A stretch of DNA of 64,000 bases from Naegleria gruberi. Lineage: Eukaryota. The number at the start of each line of letters is the position of its first letter. The first letter of the stretch is position 1. Below, piece by piece: positions 35,601 through 46,275 of the stretch. The stretch is taken from the NCBI GenBank assembly GCA_000004985.1, contig GG738886.1. The stretch is one strand, 5' to 3'. The position numbers and the translations under genes were made by a program. The notes below the pieces were generated by a model. It was given only the letters and a program-made list of their open reading frames with translations. It was not told the DNA's origin and made no database searches.

Positions 35601-35977
35601 GTGCGTATTTTATGTCTCTTCACGGGCTAGAGTCCAACGTGTACCGTTACCCTTATTCAAACAACTGTACCCTAATTAAAAATCAACACACTTTTACTTA
35701 TTCAACAATATTGTGACCTTCACCTTTAATTTTCTTTCCTTATTGATGGTTCCTTGCGAAAATTATGTATGGACCAAAAACGCTCATTTCAAAAAAAAAA
35801 AAGATCACTCGACCCTTACCTCCTCTCACGCAACCACCGGAATTATCTTAATAGAAAACCTTAAGGAGGAATTAATTCTTCATCATCATCAGCGAGTCGA
35901 TCAATATTTTTGTTATTCAATTGGAGATTTTTACATTGTATCATACTTTCTTAATTATTGTTGTTATTAATACAATT

Positions 35978-36967
35978 ATGGGAGGTTTCTGTTCTGTATG
36001 TTTACCAGAGCATCAAGCACAACAAATCTATGATTCTGTTCAGGCTGAACCATCAACGTATATCCATCCGAGAATATTGGGAAGAAATCAATCGACAGGT
36101 TCGAGCTTGACAACCGTCTCCTCAATATATTCCTTTAGTAGCAAATCGAGTTTTACATCTTCATATAAGAGAAGAAGAATACGAGCATATAGAAGATATG
36201 GAGAAGGTAAGTGTTATTATTTAACAAAACAAGCAAGCTTAATTTGATTTCATTGACTTTTTCAAACTGTAACTTTAATCACAATAACAATAGAGGACAC
36301 TGCTTCTTCCTTTGATGATTCCAGCAATCATTTAAAACCACCTTCATTCACTGGATCACAAATCCTCGAATTTCCTCCTTCAATGAATGTAAATATTGGA
36401 TTAAAGAGAAGAGAATCTCAATCCTCCATTAACAACCTTTCCAATTCTTGCGATGAAGGAACTCTCTTACTAGGTGAATATTCAATAATCCGTCCAACAA
36501 TCCCTTCATCTCCTGTAAATAATAACATTCCACAAATCACCACTTCCCCTACCCATTCAAAAGCGTTTGAGAATCGTTCAAGTAGATCATTTGAGACCAA
36601 TGAATCTAGAAGAACCGCAGCAGTTTCATCTTCTTCACTTCATATTTCATTGTACGGTTCAGATTCTTGCTCCCAATACGGTTCACCTTCCCATTCTTCA
36701 CACTCTCCATCCCATTCTCCTTCCCATTCTCCATCATCGAGACTCTCTTCAAATCCATTCAAACCAGCAAACTCAGATGGTGAAATGCTCATGTTAAGAT
36801 TACCAACAGTGACAGACTCCAAATTTAAAAAATCAAAATCAACAGGTGAAGTTCAATACAATCTTGAAAGAAGAATGTCACTCTCTTCCAACATCATTGT
36901 TGATGGTCCTAATAGTAGATTAAATTCTCTCAAGAGTAGAAATTATCTTGTTCAACCAATAAAATAA
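35978..36967 (+). CDS. Ser-rich hypothetical protein with N-terminal MGGFCSVC (myristoylation/palmitoylation-type motif); exons 35978..36206 and 36294..36967, 87-nt intron 36207..36293 (GTAAGT..AATAG)
   Basis: An in-frame junction joins ORFs 35921..36247 and 36383..36967. Contains HSPSHSPSHSPS repeats. Confidence 0.6.
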
Positions 36968-37138
36968 TTCATTCCTATAAACACATTATGTAATCATATG
37001 ATATTATTAACTCTAAGGATAAATCATGGTATTAATAACTTTCCTCCGCTTATTCAGATCCATCCGAAAAAACATACTTAATTTGATCAGTTAATTCCTT
37101 AATAAAACGTTCCTCTGAAAATAAAAAAAAGTGATCAT

Positions 37139-38668
37139 TTACTTGTGCTTTTGAATGAGAGCTTCTAATGTTTCTGGATCAGCTCCTTGAACTTCTTCAA
37201 TCTTGGCACCATTCTTGTAGATTTGGAAAGTTGGCATACATTGAATACCACACTTGGCAGCAACTTCATTGCATTCATCAACATCAACCTTCAAAAAGAT
37301 TGCTTCAGGATAAGTTGTACTCATAGAAGCAAAGAGTGGAGCAATAAATTGGCAAGGTCTATTGTACAATATTAAATTGAAATATTATAGTATAAATATT
37401 ATAAGACAATAGACAATAGAATTAACAAACTTACCCACACCATTGTGCAGTAAAATCAACAACAACCAACTTTTCACTCTTCAAGTTAGTGTCAAATTCT
37501 TCTTGTGAGTGAATCTTGACAACATCACCCAATCTAGCCTTATCAGCAACAACTCTAATGGCTTCTCTGTCAGAACTGACACGGAGACTTTCCATCAATT
37601 TAGTTACCTTGTCAACATCTTCTTCTTCAATACTTGATTCCAACTCGGAAACAATCTTTTCCACAGCAGAAACATTTCCTTCGTCACACTTGGTCTTGAA
37701 TTCCAAATCATCCTTAGCTTCTTGGACACTGCATTCAGCTTCAAGTCTGGTTGGGAAAAAGTCGTCATACTTTTGACAGATTGGGAGATACTTGTCCAAG
37801 TCAAACTTGTTGACACAATTATCGTGCAACCAAGTCAAAATACCAGCAGCACTTCTTTCGCCATCGAATTTAATTGGATGTTCCTTCAAATCAGCTCCAG
37901 CCTTGAACAATTTCATGTTTGGAATAGTACCTTCTGGGAAGAGTTTTTCAGAATAGTCATTAAGGTCAGAATTCATCTTGGAAATGACAATATTTGGTTC
38001 ATCGGCAAGGACTTTGGCAACCTTTGCAATGAGTGGAGCAATCATTTGGCAAGGTCTATTTCCAATTAATATATAAAACGATAAGGAAGTATTAAAGAAG
38101 TATATTGAAATAGGTCAATATTATTCCAAATTAAATCGACAACTTACCCACACCAATCAGCATAGATATCAACAAAGACATCTCTAGCAGGATTCATAAC
38201 AATTTCATCAAAAGCAGAAGCAACAAGCTTGGTAAGACCCTTCTTGTCTGGGAATTCATCATTTGAAAGTCTTTCTTCAGACTTGATGGAAGGTGTAGCA
38301 GTTCCATCTTGAACAGATTGCAACCAAGTCTTGAGAGCTTCCTTATCGAGTGGTGATTTAACAGTGTTTCCAAACTTTTTACCCTTTTCTTCCAACATGA
38401 CTGCAAAAACATTTTCCTTCAAATTTTCAATATCAATACCAACAACAGCAGCAATTGATGCACCAACATAGTTGACATTTTCTTCTGGGTGAACACAACA
38501 TTTGAACCAATTAGCATTTAAAAGAACTGAATCATCTGTTGAAGTCAAGAGGGAGGAAATTTCTTCCACAACAGCATCACCAGTCTTGTAATAGACCAAA
38601 ACAGCATACTTTTCAGTGGATTCAAGTTCTGGAATATTGCTTCTATCAAGTTCAGTGAGAGTGGTCAT
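37139..38668 (-). CDS. Thioredoxin-fold / PDI-like protein with a b'-like region and two thioredoxin domains; about 453 aa; exons 38668..38148, 38055..37435, 37358..37139; introns 38056..38147 (92 nt) and 37359..37434 (76 nt)
   Basis: Both GTAAGT..ATAG introns split the active site at the same point, WCG|PC. The result is VFVDIYADWCGPCQMIAPL... and [23 protein letters not shown]...FLKVDVDE...CMPTF, a classical thioredoxin. Confidence 0.8.
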
Positions 38669-39018
38669 CTTTATATCATTCCGAATAGAATTTCATCATT
38701 TCCAATTTTAATCAATTTTAATCCAATCATTAACAATTTGTTTTAAATAGCATACATATTCAGCAACAGCATAGACATTGTAATCACACAATGATGAAAA
38801 CAACCAACCTTTTATATAACAAAAAAGTAGTTAGAGGGTTCAATATGTTGTTCTATTTTTTTCGTTTGTGTTTTGTTTCAAGTTTGTCTGGCTTAATTTA
38901 GTCTTCCAAATTGCACCTATTAATCGATGAAGGCGAAAATTGATTGTGTTGGAACTTGATGATATTAATAATAATTTCACCTTGTTCATATTTCAAATAT
39001 TAAAAGCTATAGGGTAAT

Positions 39019-39923
39019 ATGAAGGTATTGAATGAACCATCAAGAAATTATTATTTTGATGATGATCGGAATAATAATCGGGAAAAGATGAAGATTAAAA
39101 ATTTCTTTCAGAAAAAATATTACCAATTATTGGATAGGGGTTTTATGTTTGATTTTTCAAATATTACTAGATTATTACCCCTATCGATACAGAGATTAAT
39201 GTAAGTGTAATGGATTTGATGACAATTTGGACTCTTACAATTATTAGAGAAAAATTTAAAAACAATCCTAAATATTCAAAAATCATGAATTTATTGTGGT
39301 ATGCAGTGATTATCATCGGATTGGTGCCACTCTTGTTAGTCTTGTTTAAAAAGACAGATGAGGATCAACAGCAACCAGGAAATACTCAAAATGGTACCAA
39401 CAACAATACATCCAATAATACAACAGTTTCTAGGAGAGGGGATTTATCACTGAGTGGAAACAAGGTTTGCCTAAATGCCAAGGCTTTCCTTCAAGAGGAT
39501 GAATTATTTGAAAATAGAAACGATCAAAAGGAAAGTGGAGAAATCAATGATGAATTTAATAATGATGAAAGAATTAAATCATTGAAAGATTTGACCAAGT
39601 CAAATGATGTCTATCTTATCTGCCAAGTTTCATCGGATGAAGAACAAAATTATTATCAGGATTTATTAGAGACGAGATATGGATTTTTCAATCAAGTCAA
39701 GACACTTTTCTGTGAAACAAGCAAGGGTAAAATTGCATTCTGTCGTCAAATTAATCCACAATTATGTTTTGAAGTGGACAGAGAAACAACCCGAGAATTA
39801 ATCAGATTCTATCAAAATGTTTACATGATCAAAAAACAAGCCAAAAACGGATTGAATGAAGATAAAGTTTTGGAATTTTCAACCATCACAGATGCTCTCA
39901 CTAATGCATCCAAGAGAAAATAA
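39019..39923 (+). CDS. Hypothetical membrane protein (about 285 aa); exons 39019..39200 and 39248..39923, 47-nt intron 39201..39247 (GTAAGT..TTAG)
   Basis: ATG at 39019. A phase-2 junction joins ORFs 39019..39204 and 39210..39923. One TM helix (LLWYAVIIIGLVPLLLVLF). Confidence 0.5.
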
Positions 39924-40033
39924 ATTTGTAAATAAATTGAAAAGTAATTTAATTGGCTGTCATATTTCTCATAATCATGATACTGTCATTGAGATACATT
40001 GAAAACAATTTAATTGTAAATATTATTAAAAAA

Positions 40034-42457
40034 ATGGCTAAACATCCACCTTTAAAGATCAAAACACAGCATCGGAATCCCGAAGAAGTGAAAGCACTCT
40101 TTTCCGAGAATATTAAATACATTGAATCATTTCTAGATAAATTTAACATTTCACCACAAGAATCTGATTCAATAGTAGATAATTTATTTGAAAAAAACCT
40201 TTCATTGCCTCTCTTTGTTTCAATTTATGATGATACCAATAGCAAGATGAAATTTAGTAATATATTGACCTTTTTGAAATATTTATTAACTGTTGGATCT
40301 TCTGCAAAAGTTACAGGAGAGGATATTACCGAATTGATTGTAAAAGTTTCACCTTGCATTGAGTTTATTCAATATGGACTAGATAATGATATTGGAAATA
40401 GTTTTGATAAATTATTGAGTGGAAATGAACGAATTGATTTTTCATCCGATAAAATTGTTGAGGAATGGCTCGTATCAACTTACCATATCTACTTTTGCAT
40501 GATTAAACAATTCATAGCTACAGGTAAACTTTCTTTGAAAATAATTCAATATTTTAGGAAAGCACTTCTTCATTTACTAGTTATTTTGAGACATATTGGT
40601 AATAGAAAAAGAATGGCAATAATGAATGGAGACACTGATTTCAACCTTTCATTCTCAGAAAAGTCATTTATGGTTTTATGTTCTAATTTACTCAAAAAGG
40701 GATTTAAACATGGTTTTTTGCAATCCAATTATGCTCATCAAAGAGTTTTCTTGGAGGGTATCTACTATTGTTTTGATAATAGGATGAATTATGCCAAGTT
40801 TCTACACACCTTGTTAGTGTCTACAGAAAAGAGAGGATTTAGAACGATGCGTTCCTTAATAAGAAATGATATTCAAGATATTGGAGAATTGACTGGAAAT
40901 GATATTATTCCACATGGAATAAGTAAGGGTGACACTGCCACAAATGTTGCTACTAGAGCGGTCAAATTTCTATGTTCTCTGTATGGTAAAATGAAGGATA
41001 TAAATATGACACTACTTCCAGTTCTCCTTGAATTCCTACCTTTCGTGTTGAAAGTTTTGAATTGGACCTTTATCCCAGCATTTTTAAAAGAAGTTGCAAC
41101 ACAAGTTTGTGCAGTACTCGTAGGAACATTTGAACATGCAGCAACACCAACAGTGGAGAATGAACATTATCTCAACATTATCAGAGACGCCCTTCCATTC
41201 CTATTTAACTATGTTTCAACAAAGATTCAAGACCTTTCTAGTGGAACGCAAGTACTGTGCTATAATATGATTATTTGGATTGCTAAAACACGAACTTCTT
41301 TCACTATCGAACAATTGACTCCACTGCTAGAGATTTATGAACCTAAATTAATAAGTAAGAAAGAGTACTTGGAAATGATCAAATCTGTATGGGTTCGTAC
41401 CGTTGGTAGAGAACATGTTCTAAATCCATTTTTTATGAAACGATTGTCAGAAATGTCAGAAATTGAAATTCTACATGAGGAAGCCTTGCCAAGAGTGAAA
41501 ATGATTATGCATCTTTTGAATATATTTTCACAATCTATTAATAATTACATTGATTTAAAAGTAGTGGCCGCTTTAACCATTAAGAAAATTGAGGAATTTC
41601 TGAACAAGACTGAAAGCACTACTTTACAGGACTTTGATATGAGCAATACCTTCTGTAAAATTTTAATCCATTGTATTGATAACATTACAGATGTGGAGAA
41701 TATCTTTCCAATTCTACACGACCTCATTAAGGTAGCCATCAGTACTGAGCATATTCATCGAACTATCAGTTCTTCTGATATTTCTGATTTGAATGATTTT
41801 ATCTTTAGACTTTTCAAATATGAAGAGGGATACTTTTTAGATTTGGTTCGTTTATTGCATGACAGAGGTTTATTGGAAAAGTGTTGCAAGGGAGAGGAAT
41901 CAGGTGAACTCATTAATAACCTTATACTGCCCTATGTACTTGAACAATCAAAAGGTGGTGAGAGTCGTGTTCCAAGTCAAGCTACTTGGGTACTCATCAG
42001 TTTAGTTGTCTCTGATATGGTATCTTCAAGAAAACTAGTCGAAAGGATCAAGCATCACATTATAGAGAGCTGTTCCTTCCTTCGTGATGGCCCTACAAAG
42101 TTTGACTTTTTACAGAGACCTTACTACAAGGCCTTACTGAGTCTTGCCACTTTAATCTTTGCATACTATCCAGAGGAGATGATTGACTATCTACTTCCAA
42201 ATAGTCAGGTTCTATTTTCCTCTGCACTTACATCACCTGACACTAGCAATTATTTCCCACTATTGTACAATTTTACATTGAGTGCTGCAGAGTATTTTTT
42301 GGATAATGATTTACTTTCTAAAAGTCCTGAGATGTTACTTTCACTTCAAGTGCTCTTTACATTTGTTCATTACATGCCACTGAATGTATCCAATATTATT
42401 CTAGTACGTCGAGTTGTGAATAAGTTTGATTTGAGTGTTAGGGAATTTTCTTCATAG
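40034..42457 (+). CDS. Large alpha-helical hypothetical protein, about 807 aa, single exon
   Basis: ATG at 40034 (aaaaaaATGgct). The ORF track's upstream extension starts at a non-ATG codon. No motif recognised; possibly HEAT/ARM-like. Confidence 0.55.
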   Translation: MAKHPPLKIKTQHRNPEEVKALFSENIKYIESFLDKFNISPQESDSIVDNLFEKNLSLPLFVSIYDDTNSKMKFSNILTFLKYLLTVGSSAKVTGEDITELIVKVSPCIEFIQYGLDNDIGNSFDKLLSGNERIDFSSDKIVEEWLVSTYHIYFCMIKQFIATGKLSLKIIQYFRKALLHLLVILRHIGNRKRMAIMNGDTDFNLSFSEKSFMVLCSNLLKKGFKHGFLQSNYAHQRVFLEGIYYCFDNRMNYAKFLHTLLVSTEKRGFRTMRSLIRNDIQDIGELTGNDIIPHGISKGDTATNVATRAVKFLCSLYGKMKDINMTLLPVLLEFLPFVLKVLNWTFIPAFLKEVATQVCAVLVGTFEHAATPTVENEHYLNIIRDALPFLFNYVSTKIQDLSSGTQVLCYNMIIWIAKTRTSFTIEQLTPLLEIYEPKLISKKEYLEMIKSVWVRTVGREHVLNPFFMKRLSEMSEIEILHEEALPRVKMIMHLLNIFSQSINNYIDLKVVAALTIKKIEEFLNKTESTTLQDFDMSNTFCKILIHCIDNITDVENIFPILHDLIKVAISTEHIHRTISSSDISDLNDFIFRLFKYEEGYFLDLVRLLHDRGLLEKCCKGEESGELINNLILPYVLEQSKGGESRVPSQATWVLISLVVSDMVSSRKLVERIKHHIIESCSFLRDGPTKFDFLQRPYYKALLSLATLIFAYYPEEMIDYLLPNSQVLFSSALTSPDTSNYFPLLYNFTLSAAEYFLDNDLLSKSPEMLLSLQVLFTFVHYMPLNVSNIILVRRVVNKFDLSVREFSS

Positions 42458-42883
42458 AAGAATATTGGAATCGAATTGGATATTATGGCCAATAATGAAA
42501 AATAAGAGAATCATAAAATGATAAGAGAATTGAAATGAGAATTTTTTTGGAATATTCAATCTTCTCTTTAAATACAAAGATTCAACATCAAGAATTGTCA
42601 TTACTAAGATATTCATATAATACAATGAACACTCCCAATAAAGTATTCTGAATGAAAATCTACAAGGAATTTCAAATAGAAACCAATTGCTTCATAGGCT
42701 TGTAATGGACTCATTCACTCCGCCTTACTGAAAGTGGTTGTTGGATTCCAATTAGATTCTGTTTAAATGAGCTTAAAATACCTCACCAACAGCACAATCC
42801 AATTCAATTCAGCCTGAAAAAAACAAATTCAAAACGCGTTGTTTGCGCAAACCTCTGTACAAAATACAAAACACACTCGAGAT

Positions 42884-43912
42884 ATGATGGGAAAGAAATT
42901 ATTTATTGGTGGGATTATGATGATCATGATGAGCATGATGATCGTTGCTGTAGTGAGCGAGACCACAGCTATTGCTAGCTCAGCCATTGAAATTTACACC
43001 CAAATGGATAATGCTGAAAAATCCGCTGTTACTAGCACCACTGTTGCTGTCAATAATACTCAAACTGCCATTTCTCTTTATAATTATCAATATCTCACAG
43101 TCAATAGTCTTCCTGGTTATGCTTGGAATTACTATTATGTTGACTTGAATGCCAACTCTTATGTTTCCATTTCACATGCCAGTAGAAGTGGTGGTTCTAT
43201 GGAAATTTTGATGAATCACTATGATCGTCCAACTATTTACTCCTACAGCAAGAAGAATTATCTCTACACTTATCAATCTACTTTGACCAGTGACCCAAAG
43301 AGCTATTATAACAGACTTTACATTGCTGTCAGAAATACTAATTCTTATGCCAGTAATGGTTACACTTTGAGCGTTAGAATTTATACCAATACTGTCACTC
43401 CAACCCCTACACCAACCACCACCACTATTTATAGAACTAACTATGGTTTGACTCTTGGAATGGGTGTTCCTGCTTTGGTTATTACTCTCATTCTCTTCTT
43501 TGTTGTCCTTTCTCAAATTAAGAAGATTAAGCTCTTGACCTCAAGAATTGAACAACTCGAAAAGAAGTTGCAATACAACATGCAACCACTCTCTGAACAA
43601 GAAATGCCTGTCATGATGAATATTCCACTCATGTCTGCCAATACTTTACAACAAGATCATGAAGAAATTCAACAAGTTCCACAAACTCAACCAATTGTTC
43701 AACCTCCAACTATCAATGCTGTTCCAGAACAACAACCAACTACTCTTCCACATTTCTTCCCACAATTTGTTCAACAACAACAATTGCCACCTCAATTCAG
43801 AAATGCTCAACCTTATCCATTCATGTATCCACCACAAGTTGTTTTTGCTCAACAACCACAAGTTCAACCTGTTATTGCTCAACAACAAACTACTGGTCAA
43901 TCCAAACAATAA
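42884..43912 (+). CDS. Type-I membrane protein with an extracellular beta-sandwich (PPC/pre-peptidase-C-terminal-like) domain and a Q/P-rich cytoplasmic tail, about 342 aa
   Basis: ATG ATG at 42884. Signal peptide. YYYVDLNANSYVSISHASRSGGSMEILMNH...YTLSVRIY pattern. T/P linker, TM (LVITLILFFVVL), then QQ/PQ-rich tail. Confidence 0.55.
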   Translation: MMGKKLFIGGIMMIMMSMMIVAVVSETTAIASSAIEIYTQMDNAEKSAVTSTTVAVNNTQTAISLYNYQYLTVNSLPGYAWNYYYVDLNANSYVSISHASRSGGSMEILMNHYDRPTIYSYSKKNYLYTYQSTLTSDPKSYYNRLYIAVRNTNSYASNGYTLSVRIYTNTVTPTPTPTTTTIYRTNYGLTLGMGVPALVITLILFFVVLSQIKKIKLLTSRIEQLEKKLQYNMQPLSEQEMPVMMNIPLMSANTLQQDHEEIQQVPQTQPIVQPPTINAVPEQQPTTLPHFFPQFVQQQQLPPQFRNAQPYPFMYPPQVVFAQQPQVQPVIAQQQTTGQSKQ

Positions 43913-44321
43913 ATTATTAACATGTAAATATTGCTTACAATTTGCGTCTTTTTCTTATTGAAATCAGAAATTAGGTTCATTTTAGTGCCAATTACCAATA
44001 AGATCTGATAATCAGATCGAAATCTGAACACTTAATACATTTCTGATCACAGAAAGGGCTGTGAAAGGTTTACCTTCAGTCCAAGCCACCATAATAAGGC
44101 CATCAATTTTTCAACCTTATTTTTACTCTCCGTTTCTCTTGTTGAAACTTCTTAACAATTTTCATAATTACTACCCTATCAGTGCCAAGTCAATATCCAT
44201 TCTTAAACGGGTCCTCCTTTCCATTTTACAGAACTCGTTATTATTAATATTGTACTTTATTTAGAAAGTGGAATTGCTCAATAGGGACGAGGTACATTCA
44301 TTTGCCAAACCCTTAAAAAGA

Positions 44322-46127
44322 ATGGGATCAACAGCATCCACCCCAACTTCCTTCACTTCATCAAATCATAGAGTATCGACAACATCAACAGGAGAAGGAA
44401 GTACCTTAAGTGATCTATTGTCAGACTATAATATCACCACCAAGACAAGTAGAAGTAGTAACAATAATAATAATAGATCTTCATCACTCATATCGATTGA
44501 TTCTGAATCATCACTACTGGGTAATCAATCATCATTGTCAGGTAGTGAATTTCAGGATGGAAAACAGAGCTCTTCCTACTCTTCACTTCACTCCTTTCCT
44601 CCAACAAAGAGAAGAAGTGCAGCAGCCAATCCCTTATTGTTGAATAATAGCACTGGCAATGCCAAATCGTATCCCTTATTACCTGCAGTTGGTACGAGAG
44701 TGTCGACAGCTTCTTCATCGAAACGATCGGCTGCTCTTCATCAATCAGCTAATCAATTGAATTCTAATAAGCCAAGTGATGAATGCTATGGTGCTTCTTC
44801 GATACATTTGCCAACTCTAAATAGCAATTCATCATCAGCGATGAATATGATGAATATTAACAACACAGCAGCCTCAATAGGTACTTCTTCTACAAATAAT
44901 AACAACAATATTAACAGTATGATTAATAATACTGTTTCCACTGATGAAATGTATCACAACCTCCTCACCAAGTCCTCCTCTAAGAATTCCCTCCACAACA
45001 TGATGATGATGAATGCAATGAGCAATGTATCAGCTTCATCAACTTCATCATCACCTACCTCCTCCTCAATAACAATCTATTCAACGCCCAATCAACACTC
45101 CTCTCCTAAGTGGTCCAATACTTCAAAACCTCATCATCATCAACCACGAAATCATCCATCCAATAATTCCCACTCTTACATATCGACGCCTCCAGAGGAT
45201 TCCTTGCTTAATCATCCAATTACGCCAAAAGTTAAATCGCCACAATTCAATTTACAGAACAATTTCTCCAATAGTCCAATAATATCAAATCATTCAACAT
45301 CGTCGAGTAATAATGATCAGAATGATGAAACAGGTTCTATTAAATCGAATTCAACAGCTTCGACACCCTCCTCAGTGTCAAATTCTCCAAGAAGAGGTGT
45401 TTCATTGCTGCAAGTGGCTGAACAAATTCATCCCTTACAAGACTTAATTTCAGTTCCACGATTAACTCAATCAAGATCATTGGGAATACTTGAAGAATAT
45501 TTACCAGTAACATCAAGTACTAGTTCAGGTCAGTTACAATCATTGAATCCTCCTAATAGTTGTAATGGAAGCACATCTGCTCGAAGGAGTAAGAAAACTT
45601 CTACTCCCACACTTAAGGATATTCAAGATATGTGCTACAACTCTGAGAACCTTTCACAACAAATCGATATGGAAGAGGAAAAGAAGAGAAAGCTTGCAGC
45701 TCACAAGAAACGAACTGAATTGGCAGAACCGTATCGAGTTGGCACCACAGCCAACAAAACAAGAGAACCTCGTTATGGAGATACTCTTTCCTCTCAGCAA
45801 GCTAATAGAAGAAACCAATCTCGTTCGTCTTTAAGAAAAGGTCCAGACTCTGATCAATTGAAGTGTGAATTGACCAATTCACCAACAGGACTTGATGCAA
45901 TCCTCTTGAATTCCTCCAGAACTCTCACCAACTTTGGTAATGAAGCTGTTGCCATTTATGTGACATGCCCAACATGTGCACCTGAAATTAAAACACCAGC
46001 CAAGAGTATTGCTAAGGAAAAGAAGAGAAGAGTCTTAATGTTGCACCAGAAACATTCGGAGAGAAAGAACAATCAACATCAGCAGACGAGGAGATCTCAT
46101 TCGGTGATTGGAATTGTTCATCATTGA
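44322..46127 (+). CDS. Ser/Asn/Thr-rich low-complexity hypothetical protein with a basic C-terminal region; starts MGSTAS (myristoylation-type motif)
   Basis: ATG at 44322 (aaaaagaATGgga). Long uninterrupted ORF with poly-N and S tracts. C-terminal KKRK/RR basic clusters. Confidence 0.5.
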   Translation: MGSTASTPTSFTSSNHRVSTTSTGEGSTLSDLLSDYNITTKTSRSSNNNNNRSSSLISIDSESSLLGNQSSLSGSEFQDGKQSSSYSSLHSFPPTKRRSAAANPLLLNNSTGNAKSYPLLPAVGTRVSTASSSKRSAALHQSANQLNSNKPSDECYGASSIHLPTLNSNSSSAMNMMNINNTAASIGTSSTNNNNNINSMINNTVSTDEMYHNLLTKSSSKNSLHNMMMMNAMSNVSASSTSSSPTSSSITIYSTPNQHSSPKWSNTSKPHHHQPRNHPSNNSHSYISTPPEDSLLNHPITPKVKSPQFNLQNNFSNSPIISNHSTSSSNNDQNDETGSIKSNSTASTPSSVSNSPRRGVSLLQVAEQIHPLQDLISVPRLTQSRSLGILEEYLPVTSSTSSGQLQSLNPPNSCNGSTSARRSKKTSTPTLKDIQDMCYNSENLSQQIDMEEEKKRKLAAHKKRTELAEPYRVGTTANKTREPRYGDTLSSQQANRRNQSRSSLRKGPDSDQLKCELTNSPTGLDAILLNSSRTLTNFGNEAVAIYVTCPTCAPEIKTPAKSIAKEKKRRVLMLHQKHSERKNNQHQQTRRSHSVIGIVHH

Positions 46128-46275
46128 TTTGCTTATTGGAAGAAGAATTTAGAGATTTATTTGCGAGAGAATTTGATTTTTAATTTATTATTAAACTTTG
46201 TAATTTTAAATTGAAAGTATTTAAATGTAATATTTAATATATTTAAAAAAATTGTATTTAAAAATTTAAAAAAAA

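Noticed and set aside
37370-38147. Treating ORFs 38144..38668, 37431..38045 and 37139..37369 as three separate thioredoxin genes
   Set aside because: Each ends ...WCG* exactly at a GTAAGT donor. The next ORF begins PCQ... after an AATAG acceptor, so together they form one PDI-like gene.
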